A DNA stretch of 44,188 bases from a virus (lineage: Duplodnaviria > Caudoviricetes): IMG/VR virus record IMGVR_UViG_3300037467_000462, positions 1-44,188 of that record. The stretch is one strand, 5' to 3'. A model generated the notes under the pieces. It saw only the letters and a program-made list of their open reading frames with translations, made no database searches and was not told the origin of the DNA. Position numbers and translations under genes: made by a program. Position 1 is the stretch's first letter; each line of letters opens with the position of its first letter. Below are positions 42,917-44,188 of this stretch, piece after piece.

Positions 42917-43226
42917 CACTCTCTCCCGTTGTGGCTGCGGAAAGCATGGCGCGGTAGACATCGTTCGCAACGTCCGCCGCGAATCCGAGATCGGTGCCTT
43001 CATTCCAAGATGTTGGATTGTTGTCGCAGCCAGCCTCGATCATTGCAGGTGTGGGAATGACAGGCACCACGACAAATCCATCTGCCCTGAACCCTTGTGC
43101 TGCGGCTTCCGCTACCGCACGGCCGATCTCGTCATGCAGATCATCGTCAACACCGTTCAGCAAACCGCGATCATCAAGCTCGCGGAGAATGTGGGCGGCC
43201 CCGGCTTCTAGTGCTCGCTGGTTCAT
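42909..43226 (-). CDS. Hypothetical protein (PTPAMIEAG...VYRAML motif)
   Basis: Motif common in phage early proteins; shares MNQRALEAGA with 256-351. Confidence 0.7.
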   Translation of the reverse strand: MNQRALEAGAAHILRELDDRGLLNGVDDDLHDEIGRAVAEAAAQGFRADGFVVVPVIPTPAMIEAGCDNNPTSWNEGTDLGFAADVANDVYRAMLSAATTGESDE

Positions 43227-43351
43227 GGGCGGACTTGCTCCCATCCTGCCACAACTTCATTCCAGATGCTGTGGGCGGACTTGCCAACCGTTGACGGGCT
43301 GATGAACATAAACATCAACCAAGTCACCGCTATTATTTCGAGAACGCGCAT
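43223..43351 (-). CDS. 42-aa membrane protein (haplotype B)
   Basis: Homologous to 348-476. Confidence 0.7.
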   Translation of the reverse strand: MRVLEIIAVTWLMFMFISPSTVGKSAHSIWNEVVAGWEQVRP

Positions 43352-43352
43352 C

Positions 43353-43862
43353 TCACCTCTCTGTGCTGCTATCGGAGCCATGCTGTGCGACGAAGGCGCG
43401 GGCGGCGCGGAGGTGATCGCCGCACAAGGCGTACTCGTCACCGGCAGCCGGGCCGTAGATGCGTTGATCGTAGTCATCCGCCGCGCGCGGGCCGAACAAC
43501 TCGCCGGCCTTGGCAAACGGCCTCAGCACCTCGACCGCCTCTGCCAACGCGCGCTCTGCCTGTCTCCGTGCCGCCATTTCATCTGCAAGCTGCCCATTGA
43601 CGCGGCGAACATCGGAAACCATTGCATCGCGTTCTTGCTCTGCCTGCTCGGCGCGGGCTTGCAGCGCGGCATAGTCACGGATTCCGACGAAACCTATTTC
43701 GCCAAGCTGATTACAGAACCATTCGTGCGCGGTAGCTTTCTCAAGCGTATCGCACTTAGCCCCCAGCCTCTCGATCTCAGCCGCTTGCGCCTCTATGGTG
43801 GCTGCGGCGTTGTGACAAAGCGGGGATACCGTAGCCCGCAACCGTTCAACAATCTCTGTCAT
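43353..43862 (-). CDS. Ead/Ea22-like protein (haplotype B)
   Basis: Mosaic homologue of 476-922. Confidence 0.7.
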   Translation of the reverse strand: MTEIVERLRATVSPLCHNAAATIEAQAAEIERLGAKCDTLEKATAHEWFCNQLGEIGFVGIRDYAALQARAEQAEQERDAMVSDVRRVNGQLADEMAARRQAERALAEAVEVLRPFAKAGELFGPRAADDYDQRIYGPAAGDEYALCGDHLRAARAFVAQHGSDSSTER

Positions 43863-44001
43863 AGTCCTGCCATTCCTGTTGTTCGGTCGGTTGTCCGTCG
43901 TCGTCTTCCGGCTCGACCAACGGCCCCTCGCATCGCATGCAGATGCCGCATTCGAGCGCGATCTGGTCATCCTCCCAACGGTCGCATTTGACGCAATACA
44001 T
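43846..44001 (-). CDS. Acidic zinc-ribbon protein (haplotype B)
   Basis: Homologous to 906-1064. Confidence 0.7.
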   Translation of the reverse strand: MYCVKCDRWEDDQIALECGICMRCEGPLVEPEDDDGQPTEQQEWQDYDRDC

Positions 44002-44006
44002 GGCTG

Positions 44007-44188
44007 CTATTCCCCTTCGCGTTGGAGAGCGGATCGGCACAACGCATCCGCTTGCCCCGGCGTTGCAATGATCGTTCGACCGTGAAGAACCAGAACGTCA
44101 GTCGGCTCGCGGTAGAACCAGATGTAACAAGGCGGGTTCTTGCGTTTGAATGCCCTGCGCGTGCCTTTGCGGCCGCGCGCTTTGCTCG
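44007..44188 (-). CDS. 3' part of the gene at 1070-1348 (continues around the circle)
   Basis: Sequence overlap with 1070-1251. Confidence 0.75.
   Translation of the reverse strand, partial: SKARGRKGTRRAFKRKNPPCYIWFYREPTDVLVLHGRTIIATPGQADALCRSALQREGE

Overview
Essentially the complete genome of a temperate P22-like (short-tailed) phage of an alphaproteobacterial host. A Hyphomicrobiales/Bradyrhizobium-like host is inferred from the GapR homologue and gene style. The last 127 nt (44062-44188) exactly repeat 1125-1251. The window is therefore best read as a 42,937-bp circle (1125-44061) plus a 1.1-kb tail (1-1124) holding a second, mosaic haplotype of the same early-left locus found at 42669-44061. 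Modules: a leftward operon of small accessory genes with an overprinted two-frame C5 DNA methyltransferase; a lambda-like immunity region (cI/cro, five 17-bp operators) enclosing a Rap1a-like periplasmic immunity gene and a P63C gene; a rightward early operon (DnaA-C HTH, nuclease, Rad52-like SSAP candidate, NinB, HNH-AP2, GapR, initiator with internal iterons, putative late regulator); a P22-like morphogenesis block; an O-acyltransferase moron beside the tailspike; a lysis cassette; and attP-int-xis. Most interesting: (i) early-left genes are built from near-identical 22-125-bp in-frame junction segments around replaceable interiors, seen within one genome and between the two haplotypes, suggesting a recombination-driven cassette/domain-shuffling locus; (ii) the permuted, dual-frame MTase with tandem WPT repeats; (iii) an orphan Rap1a-like gene downstream of cI. 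All product calls come from motif recognition by eye; no database searches were run.
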